54,895 bases of DNA from an uncultured Akkermansia sp. (lineage in GTDB: Bacteria > Verrucomicrobiota > Kiritimatiellia > RFP12 > JAAYNR01): assembly GCA_964580075.1 (NCBI GenBank), contig CAZOJL010000006.1, positions 1 through 54,895 of the forward strand. Reading direction: 5' to 3'. Shown piece after piece: positions 34,825 to 44,613 of the stretch. Positions within the stretch are counted from its first letter, which is position 1. Every line of letters begins with the position of its first letter. Both the position numbers and the translations under genes were made by a program. A model generated the notes under the pieces. The model was not told the origin of the DNA. It saw only the letters and a program-made list of their open reading frames with translations, and made no database searches.

Positions 34825-37710
34825 TCAGAACTCCGTGAGCGCGTCCCTGGATTCCTTGAGTGGCCAGAGAGCGGCGCGCTCGATGCGTGTCAATCCCCCG
34901 CCAAGCGTTCCCAGCCAGATGTAGCGGTTGTCGGCCTCCAGCGCGCCGGTAGCCGGCGTGTCGAGCCCGCTATCGCGGTTGTAGAAGGCGGTAGGATTGT
35001 TGCTGGTGTCGCAGGCAACAAGACCTCGATCGGTTGCCATCAGAGTCCCATTTCCCACGGGGTGGACGCAGTGGATAGGCGCCCAGGCCCGGGCTTGCTG
35101 GATCTCAGCCGCTGGCTGGCCCGCGTCTCGCAAAACGTACAGCGCGTCCCGGGATGTGATCCACAGCGCGGCTTCCGCCGGCCAAAGTCCCTGAAGATCT
35201 GCCGCAGCGGGGATCACCGTTGCCTCGGTCCATCCGCCCGCGCCAAGCGTACGGCGACAGAGTCCTCTTGCCGTTGCGGCCCAAAGGGCATTCCGCCAGA
35301 GGCAGAGGGAACGCACGGACGATGGTGCCGTCCAGGACAGGTCCTCCTTCCATGCCCGTACGACCGGATCGTAGGCCCTCACCTTTCCGTTGTCTCCGCC
35401 CGTCCACACGAGTCCCCCCGCCACCGCCACTCCTTTGATGATCCCCGCTTTCTCCTCAATGACTTCAAACCCGCTCGGCGTGCGATCCGGATCGTGCATG
35501 ATGAGACCATGGTTCGTGGCCATCCAGACGCGCCGCCCATCCGGCGCCATCGCGTAGATGTTTTCCCATCGAATGGCGTCGTGATCGCCGAGGTAGTGGT
35601 ACAGATGATCGTTGATGTACAACCCCAGATTCAAGTTGAACCAGCTCCTCAATTTGAGATCGTAACGCCACACGCCGACGCCCATGGTGCCGACATAGAG
35701 CGCATCCCCGATACGCGTCAGCGACAGAATGTGGCTGGCCGGTGAACCTGCCCGATAGGGGATCTCCCGCCAATCCTGCGCGTCGGCGTTCCGCCGCCAC
35801 AAGCCTCCGTTGGGCCACAGGGCCGCCCACACCGCTCCTTCATCAAACACCATGCGCGCCACACGGAGCGATCGGTCGCGCGCAACGCCCGGCAGCATCC
35901 AATGATGGACAAGCGAACCGTCGGATAAGGCAAGGGCGTAGATGCCAAGGTTGTCCTGCATGCCGATGAGCAATCCGGTTCCGTCCGTGGCCAGGGAAAC
36001 CGCCTTGTCCAGATCGACTTCATCAGGAACTTTCCATTCGGAAAAGACTTCGCTGCCGAGATCGAAGCGCACCATTTTGACGTGGTCTTCCACGGGGGAA
36101 AGAAACCATGCGGCGCGGGTGTCACAGGCCATGTCAATGGCGTTACGCGGCAACAACGGGGTTTGTTTCGAGAGGTCCGTCCATCGCCCTCGCCTTTTGT
36201 CGAAGCGGGCCACGCCGGCAAAGTGGTTTGCCCACACGAACGGCCCTCCCTTCATGAGTCCGATCATGAAGGGCCCTGCTTCGGGAAACGCCGGATCCGT
36301 GATCACCGTAACCCGGATCTGCTCCGTGTCTGGCGCGGGTATTTCCTGCCGGAGGGATTCGCCGGAAAACGCGGGCATCTCGCGGAGGTCGTCGTCTTCA
36401 ACCCTCTCGCGAAAACGAGTAGAGGGGGTGCGAGGGCGCTGTTCGGGAGTCGGCCTTCTCGTCGCTTCCCCCCCTCCGCGGCCGCGATCAAGCACGGCGA
36501 TTCCCTGGCGGCAGGCGACCCAGAGACGGTCCTCATCGTTCAGGACGGCAACCACCCGGTCATGCGGCAGTCCCTGCTCGGTTGAGAACGTGCTCCACCG
36601 GCCGGTGGCGGGATCGAAAGTGGCCATGCCTTTCGTCCACTTCCACGTGTCGCTGCCGACGAGCACCTTTTCTCCGCGTAGCGCCAGGCAGTTGATCTCC
36701 TCGCTCAGAATCCCCTCTGCGTCCATGAATACGCGCCAGTGGCCTGTGCTTTTCTCATAGCGCGCCATGCCCTCATCGTCGCCGGGCAGGAAAGAGAAAC
36801 CGCCGAACCAGACGTAATCCCTGCCCGGGGCAATCGCCGTGATGTGCGTGCTGGGCAGTTGGCGGCGCATGGGATAGCACACGACCGCACCCGCGGGTAA
36901 AGGCGTGGGCGGGGGCAGCGCGGCGCGTTCGACACTTGCGTGGACGGGAGCGGATGGCCCGCCCAGATCCTGCCGCAGCGCGTGCAGGATGACATTCACA
37001 CCAAACCGCAATGCGTCCTCACGCTTGCCTTCCTCGATGACATGCACATAAGTCCCGTTTGGATATTGCTCCCATGCGCACGGCAAGTCTGTATCGTGTG
37101 TATATACAACAGCCAGACGGCCATCTTGAACAACCCCAAACGCTTCCGCCGGTCCCCCATAAAGGTCGACGACCTTCGGAATGTCTTGGATGGTGTAAAA
37201 CTCCTTGAAAACCGGATGATCGGACGCGAGAGGCTTCATTTCCGCGTCAGGAAGGATCTCCTTGATCATGCGTCGGAACGACCAATCCGCCCCCCCGCAA
37301 TCATCCGCATACAAGAACCCGCCGTGCCGCAGGTAGTTCCGCAGGTTGGCAATCTCTTCCTTGCTCAGCCTGAAAACGCGGTTCCCCGTCATGATCAGAA
37401 CGGGATTTCGAAGCATCTGCGGATCATCCAGCCCCACGGACTTGAAATCCACGGCGGCCTTCATGGGCGTGCGTCTGGCCAGCTCACTCAAAATGCCTGG
37501 AACCGCCGTGGGATCCGTGTTCCACTCGTAGAACTGGCCGACAACCAGTTGGTAAGCGAATGTTCCGGCCAGCAGGCCATTCCTTTCGGCGATGACGGCG
37601 TTGCCTTCACCCGCTTGAACGGAATCCGCCGCCGCCGCCCGCGCGGCGGAGCCGATGCCCAACACAAAAACGCAGCCAAATGTGACGAGGCGCCTGTGCG
37701 TCGACGTCAT
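34825..37710 (-). CDS. Secreted protein with an N-terminal DUF4159-like domain followed by beta-propeller (two-component-regulator-propeller-like) repeats
   Basis: Start taken at MTSTHRRLVTFGCVFVLG (ATGA overlap with the upstream gene). FLYADDCGG motif. Many W/G-rich repeat blades. Confidence 0.5.
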   Translation of the reverse strand: MTSTHRRLVTFGCVFVLGIGSAARAAAADSVQAGEGNAVIAERNGLLAGTFAYQLVVGQFYEWNTDPTAVPGILSELARRTPMKAAVDFKSVGLDDPQMLRNPVLIMTGNRVFRLSKEEIANLRNYLRHGGFLYADDCGGADWSFRRMIKEILPDAEMKPLASDHPVFKEFYTIQDIPKVVDLYGGPAEAFGVVQDGRLAVVYTHDTDLPCAWEQYPNGTYVHVIEEGKREDALRFGVNVILHALRQDLGGPSAPVHASVERAALPPPTPLPAGAVVCYPMRRQLPSTHITAIAPGRDYVWFGGFSFLPGDDEGMARYEKSTGHWRVFMDAEGILSEEINCLALRGEKVLVGSDTWKWTKGMATFDPATGRWSTFSTEQGLPHDRVVAVLNDEDRLWVACRQGIAVLDRGRGGGEATRRPTPEQRPRTPSTRFRERVEDDDLREMPAFSGESLRQEIPAPDTEQIRVTVITDPAFPEAGPFMIGLMKGGPFVWANHFAGVARFDKRRGRWTDLSKQTPLLPRNAIDMACDTRAAWFLSPVEDHVKMVRFDLGSEVFSEWKVPDEVDLDKAVSLATDGTGLLIGMQDNLGIYALALSDGSLVHHWMLPGVARDRSLRVARMVFDEGAVWAALWPNGGLWRRNADAQDWREIPYRAGSPASHILSLTRIGDALYVGTMGVGVWRYDLKLRSWFNLNLGLYINDHLYHYLGDHDAIRWENIYAMAPDGRRVWMATNHGLIMHDPDRTPSGFEVIEEKAGIIKGVAVAGGLVWTGGDNGKVRAYDPVVRAWKEDLSWTAPSSVRSLCLWRNALWAATARGLCRRTLGAGGWTEATVIPAAADLQGLWPAEAALWITSRDALYVLRDAGQPAAEIQQARAWAPIHCVHPVGNGTLMATDRGLVACDTSNNPTAFYNRDSGLDTPATGALEADNRYIWLGTLGGGLTRIERAALWPLKESRDALTEF

Positions 37711-39716
37711 GGGGCCACCTCCATTCTCGATCCCCGGAACCGACGGCTCGTGAGCCAGGCGCTGCACAATGCGGCGGCCGGCACGCACCAGGCGATCGCC
37801 AGGCCTCCGATGAGGAGCCGGTATGCTTCCGTCGCCACGCGTTCATTTTCGAGCATCTGGCGGAGCACATCGGGAGCCGTCCACGGAAGCAGGAAAAGCC
37901 CGATGTTCAACCCGATGCTCGCAAAGAATATGGCGCCGAACATGGCCACGATCACCTTTCTCCCCACCGACATTCCTGCCGAGAGCAAATGCCTGAATCC
38001 GCTCGCCGGGTCTGCGCGATGGACTTCTTCGACGGCCGAAGCCACGGCAATGGACACGTCCATTGTGACACCCAAAGCCCCGATAAGGACCGCGACACCG
38101 AGGAGCGCCGGAAAATCGAACGCCTGTTCGGATGAGTAGAAGGCCAATGCCATCAGGTCGCTGTCGTACCGGCCGGAGAGACCCAGCCACCGCCCGAAGA
38201 AAAGGCCCGCGCCTGAAGCCACCATCAAGCCGAGAACGACGCCCAGACAGGCTCCCGCCGCTTTTCTCCCGAAGCCGCACAGGATGAGATAGGTGACGGC
38301 GGCCACGGCGAAAGCGCACGTGATCGTCAAAGGAAGAGGAGGGGCCCGCGTGCGAATGATGATGAACAGGAATGCGACAATGATGCCGAGCGAAGCGGTG
38401 AGCGCCGCCAGGGCGCGCCATCCATTCCACCCGCTCACCAGCACGACCACCGTACAGACACCCAGCAGAAGCAACAGCAACCCGCGATCCCGCTCGATCT
38501 CGCTTATGGACGCATAGACCTCGCCACCCGCCTCCTGGACCCGAATGACCGCGCGGTCGCCGGGCGCAACGATACGGTCGTTCACCGGCGAACCGGTAAT
38601 CGCATTTTCGACCGTCAGGATTCTTCCATCCATGGCGAACACCTCGAGAGCCTGCACAGCCTCTGACCGACGGCGTCGTTCCAGGTTCTCAGCCGGCGGC
38701 CCGGGCGTGTGGACAGCGAGCACACGGCCCCGGACCAGGCTCGTCTGCGTTCCCCGGTTTTCAGAGGGATAGCGGTATGTGGTGCGCCCCACGAACCGAA
38801 ACGCGGCGACGGTGATCAACGCCGCCACAACCAGCAACACGCCGGGAGATGCGTGTCGAAGAAACGTCCTTGCCGGGACGGCAACGCGCAACGGGCCGCA
38901 AGGGAGCGCCACGCAGCAGAGATGACGCGAAGCCAGGAGGGCGGTCAGCGGAATCGTCAACGCCAGCCCTATCGTTCCCGCCGCCATTGCCGCGACTTCG
39001 ACCGCTATGCTTTGCCGGTTGGACAGACTCATCCAACTGTAAGGCCAGTGCGCCACGTCCGGCTTCACCAGTACAAGCAAGATGCCCCCCATGCCGCATC
39101 CCAGAAGGGCAAAGGGGAGGGTGTTGATCTCCGTGCCGATGACGTCTCGTCCGAAGCGCATGCCGGAGGCGAACAACTGGAAACGCGAGAGACCCGGATT
39201 CGCCTTGTGGACTTCCTGAATCGTGGCCGTCACGGCCACGGCCAGGTCGGCGATGATGCCCACGCCCGCGAGCGCAATTGCGCCCAGCGCCAGAAGGCCG
39301 AAGTCCAGATGCCCTGTGCCGGGCGCATACCACACGTCTCGCAATAGCGGCGAGTAGACCCCGGTGATATGAAACCATTGAACGCACAGTCCGGCGACGA
39401 TCACCGCAAAAACATATCCGCCAACAGCGCCCAGGAACGCCAGACGCCCCGATGCTCCCGCCCCAAGCAGCAAAAACACTTGGCAGGCCAACGCGATCAG
39501 CCCTGCCGTCAGCAGCGTGGGCAGGACCGGCGAGCGTCCGCTGATGAGCAGCCATCCCGCCATGAAGAGCAGCGCCGGGAACGCCGCGAGCATGACCAGA
39601 CATTTCAGTCCCTGGCCCCGCCCCACGATAAGCAGACTGCCCGTCAGGAGGAGCGCCAGCGTAAACAGGGGTGTTCCATGCCCGGTTGTCATAAAGCTAT
39701 CTGAAATCACCGGCAT
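37707..39716 (-). CDS. Duplicated YibE/F-family integral membrane protein
   Basis: 669-aa ORF with two blocks of about 6 TM helices. They are separated by a soluble segment (VAPGDRAVIRVQEAGGEVYASISEIERDRGL) that resembles the YibE/F N-terminal barrel region. Confidence 0.5.
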   Translation of the reverse strand: MPVISDSFMTTGHGTPLFTLALLLTGSLLIVGRGQGLKCLVMLAAFPALLFMAGWLLISGRSPVLPTLLTAGLIALACQVFLLLGAGASGRLAFLGAVGGYVFAVIVAGLCVQWFHITGVYSPLLRDVWYAPGTGHLDFGLLALGAIALAGVGIIADLAVAVTATIQEVHKANPGLSRFQLFASGMRFGRDVIGTEINTLPFALLGCGMGGILLVLVKPDVAHWPYSWMSLSNRQSIAVEVAAMAAGTIGLALTIPLTALLASRHLCCVALPCGPLRVAVPARTFLRHASPGVLLVVAALITVAAFRFVGRTTYRYPSENRGTQTSLVRGRVLAVHTPGPPAENLERRRRSEAVQALEVFAMDGRILTVENAITGSPVNDRIVAPGDRAVIRVQEAGGEVYASISEIERDRGLLLLLLGVCTVVVLVSGWNGWRALAALTASLGIIVAFLFIIIRTRAPPLPLTITCAFAVAAVTYLILCGFGRKAAGACLGVVLGLMVASGAGLFFGRWLGLSGRYDSDLMALAFYSSEQAFDFPALLGVAVLIGALGVTMDVSIAVASAVEEVHRADPASGFRHLLSAGMSVGRKVIVAMFGAIFFASIGLNIGLFLLPWTAPDVLRQMLENERVATEAYRLLIGGLAIAWCVPAAALCSAWLTSRRFRGSRMEVAP

Positions 39717-39978
39717 CTCATAGGCTCACTTGGAAACGTTCCGTTTCCCATGACATGAAAAAAAACCGCAGATCGCGTGACCGCCCAACATCGAGACCAA
39801 TGAAGCCAGTTTACACCGGCCTGCGGCAAATCGTCCAGCAGCAATTCTCAGGATGCGATTTTTTCTGTTGAAGATTAAGGGGGTGTGTTCGGGAAGAGGA
39901 TAGGCTAAGCTTTGCGGCGGATGGATTGGCTGACGCCAATTCGCTCAGGCACCGGTTCACTGCGGACGGGTAAAGGCC

Positions 39979-40374
39979 ATGCGTAAAAGACGCGTCAACG
40001 CGGGGTTTTCCAAATGCAGGAGTCTCCGCCTCAAGGCTGGGGCGCTGGCGCTGATTTTCGCGTTCTTGTCGCTGTTGCCGTGGGGTCATGTGATGATGGG
40101 CGCCCATGACGGGCACGGGTGCTGCCATCACGCCACGTCGGCGTGGCCCGCCGATCACTCACCTGCCTTGGCGTCGCAAGTCGCGACCTCATCCGCCACG
40201 TGCTGGGTGTGCGACAGCCTCGTCTCTCTGCAGCATCCCACTGTTCTGACAGATGCCCCAACCTTCGACCGCTCCGTCCTTTCATTCGCCTATATCCCGC
40301 GCGCGCCGCATGCGCACATGCTCAGCCACATCTATCCAGCCAGCCGCTCGCAGGCCTCGCCTGCGCGCATCTAA
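39979..40374 (+). CDS. Hypothetical small exported His/Cys-rich protein
   Basis: 131-aa ORF with a signal-like LALIFAFLSLL segment, followed by HDGHGCCHH and CWVCD motifs. Lies upstream of the zinc-uptake genes. No family recognised. Confidence 0.3.
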   Translation: MRKRRVNAGFSKCRSLRLKAGALALIFAFLSLLPWGHVMMGAHDGHGCCHHATSAWPADHSPALASQVATSSATCWVCDSLVSLQHPTVLTDAPTFDRSVLSFAYIPRAPHAHMLSHIYPASRSQASPARI

Positions 40375-40531
40375 AATATTCTGGCGTTGGCAGGCGCGTT
40401 TTTCCGCCTGCCGCTCTTGCGGCTTCTCCAAGCATTAGGCATAACCTGCCTTTCTCCGGGGTGTGTCGCATTCATTAACGTTTCCGTTGCCGCCTACGCA
40501 AGACGTGCCGGCACATGCTTTTTACCTATTT

Positions 40532-41989
40532 ATGAAAACTTTATTTTCACGTGCGAGGACTCTCGTGGCGGGAGTCGCACTCGTGTTTTCCGCCACACTG
40601 GCGTCGGCCCAGACGGGCGACGCGCGTTACCAGCAGCTCGAAGACGAGGTGAAAGCGCTTCGTCAGCAGGTCAACACCCTGCAGGAACAGCACACCCGCG
40701 AAATGGCGGAGCTCAAGGCTTTGCTGCAGAAACAGGCAGAACCCCACGTCAGCATGCCTCAGACACCGGCAGCGCAGGGGACGGCGGCCGCGGCACCTTC
40801 CCTGTACGAGTCGCTCAAACAGTCGGCCACGGTGCTGGTGCCGCAGGCGCAGGGCGTCAACGGCGCTGACCTCGACATGTCCGTCGTGCTGGACCTCTAC
40901 TTCTATCATGACGACACGCAGGAGGGGATGAGCCACCTGCGTCAGGGACTCAGCGGTTTCGGTCATCACCACGACGACGCCGAAGGACATGCCCACGGCG
41001 GGTCGGAGAACGGCTTCAATCTGCGCCATGTGGAACTGGGCTTCTCGGCAGAGGTCGATCCCTACTTCCGGGCGTGGGCCACAGTCGCCGTGGATGAGGA
41101 CGGCGCCGAACTGGAAGAGGCTGTCATGCAGACCACCTCGCTGCCCTATGGACTGACGCTCAGCGGCGGCAAGATCAAGAGCGGCATCGGCCGCCTCAAC
41201 CGGCAGCACTCGCACAACTGGGACTTCTTTGACGCCCCGCTCGTGTACGAGCAGATGTTCGGCGCGCATGGTCTGGCCGAAAAAGGGCTCCAGATCACCT
41301 GGCTTGCGCCCACGTCGTTCTATCTGTTACTCGGAGCCGAGGTGTTCAACGGCGACAACGAGCACTCGTTCAATGCGGCTGATTCCGCCGCGCTTCCGAA
41401 ACACGACGCGACGCGGCTGTATACGGCTTTTCTGAAGACGGGGCCGGATCTCGGCTCAAACCACGCGCTCCAATTCGGGTTGTCTGCCCTGTCCGGACGC
41501 CATCAGGTGGTGCATGAGGACGCGGAATGCGCGGACGGCGACTCGCGGATCTTCGGCACCGACTTCGTCTACAAATACGACGCCCAGCGGTCGCACGGCG
41601 AGGGGGACTTCGTGCTGCAGGGAGAATATTTCCTCCGCGACATGGATCTCGACGGCGCAGGCGACTGGGCCGGCTCGCCGTGGACCGCAACGCAGGACGG
41701 CTACTACCTGCAGGGCCTCTATGGCTTCCTCCCGCGTTGGCGCGGCGGCCTGCGCTGGGATCAGCTCGGCTTGATCAACGATCTGAACACCCCCGAGGAC
41801 GGCTCGGTCACCTACGGCGACTCCAGCCGTCTCGCCGCGATGCTGGACTGGAAGCTCTCGGAGTTCTCGCTCCTGCGCCTACAGGCTGGGCGGGGCCGGT
41901 ACGCGACAGACGAGGGAGACGTGAACGCGTGGGAATGCGCGCTGCAGTGGCAGGTGACGTTCGGCAAGCACCCCGCCCACGATTTCTAA
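40532..41989 (+). CDS. Outer-membrane beta-barrel (porin-like) protein with an N-terminal coiled coil and a His-rich segment
   Basis: Signal peptide MKTLFSRARTLVAGVALVFSATLASAQ. Heptad region QQLEDEVKALRQQVNTLQEQ. GFGHHHDDAEGHAHGG segment. Alternating beta-strand pattern and a C-terminal aromatic F. Confidence 0.45.
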   Translation: MKTLFSRARTLVAGVALVFSATLASAQTGDARYQQLEDEVKALRQQVNTLQEQHTREMAELKALLQKQAEPHVSMPQTPAAQGTAAAAPSLYESLKQSATVLVPQAQGVNGADLDMSVVLDLYFYHDDTQEGMSHLRQGLSGFGHHHDDAEGHAHGGSENGFNLRHVELGFSAEVDPYFRAWATVAVDEDGAELEEAVMQTTSLPYGLTLSGGKIKSGIGRLNRQHSHNWDFFDAPLVYEQMFGAHGLAEKGLQITWLAPTSFYLLLGAEVFNGDNEHSFNAADSAALPKHDATRLYTAFLKTGPDLGSNHALQFGLSALSGRHQVVHEDAECADGDSRIFGTDFVYKYDAQRSHGEGDFVLQGEYFLRDMDLDGAGDWAGSPWTATQDGYYLQGLYGFLPRWRGGLRWDQLGLINDLNTPEDGSVTYGDSSRLAAMLDWKLSEFSLLRLQAGRGRYATDEGDVNAWECALQWQVTFGKHPAHDF

Positions 41990-42056
41990 CATGGATGGTT
42001 CGTCAGGTTTCATCATGTGAATCCTGTCAAAACAATCTCCCCAGAGGGAAGACCCA

Positions 42057-43064
42057 ATGAAAAAAATCAGTTTGCTGTTGTTGGCTGCCGCCTGCCTGAC
42101 GAACGCGCAGGCCGCAGGAATCAAGATCGTGGCCACGACCACGGACCTGGCCGACATCACCCGCGCCGTCGCGGGCGATTTGGCGGAGGTGTCGAGCATC
42201 ACGACCGGACGCGAAGACCCGCACACGTTGACCGCGAAACCGAGTTTCATCGTGCGGGCACGCGACGCGAACGTGTGGATCCGCATCGGCATGGAACTGG
42301 AGCTCGGTTGGGAACCGGTGATCCTGCGCGACGCCCGCAACCCGCGAATCCATGTGGGCACGCCCCGGCACATCGACGCCTCCGACCACGTCATCCGGCT
42401 GGAGGTGCCGACCCAGCGCGTCACGCGCGATCAGGGGGACATCCATCCGGAAGGCAACCCGCACTACTGGCTCGACCCGCTCAACGGCCGGCTGGTGGCC
42501 GCGACCATCGCCGAACGGCTGAGCGACCTGTACCCTGAGCACAAAGCCGCGTTCGAGGAAAACCTCCACCGTTTCGAGCACGATCTGGACACGCGCATGT
42601 TCGGCGTGGCGCTGGTTGAGACGCACGGCGGAGAGAATCTCTGGCAAGCGATGGTCGAGAGACGCCTCGAGAAATTCCTTGCTGAAAAGGAATTCGCTAG
42701 CAAGGCGGGCGGCTGGTACGGGGCGATGCGCCCGCACCAAGGCAAGACGATCATGACCTACCACCGCAGTTGGCCGTATCTGGCCGAGCGCTTCGGCTTG
42801 CGGGCTGACCTTCAGTTGGAACCCAAGCCCGGGATTCCACCGACCGCCAAACATCTGACCTCTCTGGTATCCGAGGCCGAGGCACGCAAGGTCCGCGTAA
42901 TTCTGCAAGAGCCTTTCTATACGCTCAAGGCCGCCGATTTCGTGGCCTTGCGGACAGGCGCGAAAGTCGTTGTGGTCCCGACGATGACCGGCGGTTCGCC
43001 AGAAGCAGGAAGCTATCTGGAGATGTTGGACAACGTGATCCGGAATGTAAACGCGAGCTTATGA
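42057..43064 (+). CDS. znuA: Metal (Zn/Mn) ABC transporter substrate-binding protein
   Basis: Signal peptide. GEDPHTLTAKPS, GNPHYWLDP and YHRSWPYLAERFGL are typical cluster A-I SBP motifs. Confidence 0.8.
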   Translation: MKKISLLLLAAACLTNAQAAGIKIVATTTDLADITRAVAGDLAEVSSITTGREDPHTLTAKPSFIVRARDANVWIRIGMELELGWEPVILRDARNPRIHVGTPRHIDASDHVIRLEVPTQRVTRDQGDIHPEGNPHYWLDPLNGRLVAATIAERLSDLYPEHKAAFEENLHRFEHDLDTRMFGVALVETHGGENLWQAMVERRLEKFLAEKEFASKAGGWYGAMRPHQGKTIMTYHRSWPYLAERFGLRADLQLEPKPGIPPTAKHLTSLVSEAEARKVRVILQEPFYTLKAADFVALRTGAKVVVVPTMTGGSPEAGSYLEMLDNVIRNVNASL

Positions 43065-43732
43065 ACGGCAGGCCTGTCATCCAGTGCTGCGGGGTCACGG
43101 TCGCGTACGGTCGGGACGTGGTGCTCGACCGCATCGACTTGACGGTGCCCCGCGGCGCCCTTCTGCCGTTCGTCGGCCCGAACGGCGCGGGCAAGACCAC
43201 GCTGCTGAAAGCGTGCCTCGGGCTGATCCCGCACCAGGGCGGCGAGATCGCGTGCGATTTCGGCGGACGCCCGCCCGCCTATGTGCCGCAGCAGAAACGG
43301 CTCGATCCGATCTACCCGGTTTCGGTCCGCGCCCTCGTGCGCATGGGGCTTTATCCGGAACTGGGATGCTGGGGACGTCTGAACAGCGAACAACACAGCC
43401 GCGTGGCACAGGTGATTGCACGGTTCGGCCTTGAGGCGCATCAACGCAAGCATTTCGGCGAATTGTCCGGCGGGTTGCGCCAGAAATCCCTGCTGGCGCG
43501 GGCCGTGGTGACGCAGGCCGAAGTGCTGGTGCTGGACGAGCCCACGGCCGGTCTGGATGCCGCGTCTGAGGCCGACCTCCTCTCGCTGATCCGTTCGCTT
43601 CACGAGAACGAAGGCAAAACCGTGCTGTGGGCCCACCACCGTCTGGACCAGTGCGCGGCCTTGGCCTCGCACGTGTGCCGGGTGGACAAACGGGGTGTGC
43701 GTCTCGTCGCTGTATCGGAGGAGGCGTCATGA
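43061..43732 (+). CDS. znuC: Metal ABC transporter ATP-binding protein
   Basis: Walker A GPNGAGKTT, signature LSGGLRQK, Walker B LVLDEP. ATGA overlaps on both sides. Confidence 0.8.
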   Translation: MNGRPVIQCCGVTVAYGRDVVLDRIDLTVPRGALLPFVGPNGAGKTTLLKACLGLIPHQGGEIACDFGGRPPAYVPQQKRLDPIYPVSVRALVRMGLYPELGCWGRLNSEQHSRVAQVIARFGLEAHQRKHFGELSGGLRQKSLLARAVVTQAEVLVLDEPTAGLDAASEADLLSLIRSLHENEGKTVLWAHHRLDQCAALASHVCRVDKRGVRLVAVSEEAS

Positions 43733-44613
43733 GCCTTTGGCAAGATGCGGTGTCGTTCACGAATCTCTTCCCGGAGGCGGTGCTCTGCGGCACGATCATG
43801 GCGGCGGTGTGCAGCGCGTTCGGGGTGTTTGTGGTGCTCAAGCGGATCGTGTTCATCAGCATCGCGCTCTCCGAGGCGGCAACGTGCGGACTGGCGTTGG
43901 CGCTGGTCTTTCACTTCTCGCCTCTGGCGGGTTCGGCGCTGGTGACGGGCGCGGTCGTGTTCATGCTGACGCTCCCGGAGAAGCGGCAGCACCTGCCCAA
44001 GGACGTGGTGCTCGGCACGGTGTTCCTGCTGGCGTCCAGTGCCAGTGTGCTGCTGGTGGCGCAGAGCGGCTTCGGCTTGGAGGAGATCAAGGCCATGCTC
44101 TACGGAGACCTCATCGTCAGCAGCTCGCACGACCGTTGGGTCTTGCTGGCGACGGGCGTGCCGTCGCTGGCCGTCTTGTTGCTGTTTCTCAGGCCGGTGC
44201 TCTACGTGTTCCTCGACCGCGAGGCGGCGTTCGTCATGGGTATCCGCTGCTGGTTCTGGGAAGGCCTGTTCTTCCTCCTGCTGGGGCTGGTGGTGTCGGG
44301 AGCGTCGAAAAGCGGTGGCGCATTGCTGGTGTTCTGCCTCTTGGTGGTGGTCCCCGCGACGGCCCTGCTTCTGGCGCGGCGGCTGTGGACTGTGATCGGG
44401 ATCTCCGTGGCTTTGGGCGTGCTCACGACCTGGACTGGCCTTTTGACCGCCTATAGCGCTGATCTTCCGGCAAACCCGACCATCATCGGCCTTTCGTGCC
44501 TGCTTTTAATGGGCGTAGCGCTCATCCGCTCCGTCTTTATTAAGTTGGACGCGCGGCAGACACGCGTGGGGGTGTTGAAACGCGTTACCGTCGGTATGCA
44601 TCGGTCAGGGTGA
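43729..44613 (+). CDS. znuB: Metal ABC transporter permease
   Basis: Starts MSLWQDAVSFTNLFPEA. Polytopic ABC-3 family-like membrane protein following znuC. Confidence 0.75.
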   Translation: MSLWQDAVSFTNLFPEAVLCGTIMAAVCSAFGVFVVLKRIVFISIALSEAATCGLALALVFHFSPLAGSALVTGAVVFMLTLPEKRQHLPKDVVLGTVFLLASSASVLLVAQSGFGLEEIKAMLYGDLIVSSSHDRWVLLATGVPSLAVLLLFLRPVLYVFLDREAAFVMGIRCWFWEGLFFLLLGLVVSGASKSGGALLVFCLLVVVPATALLLARRLWTVIGISVALGVLTTWTGLLTAYSADLPANPTIIGLSCLLLMGVALIRSVFIKLDARQTRVGVLKRVTVGMHRSG

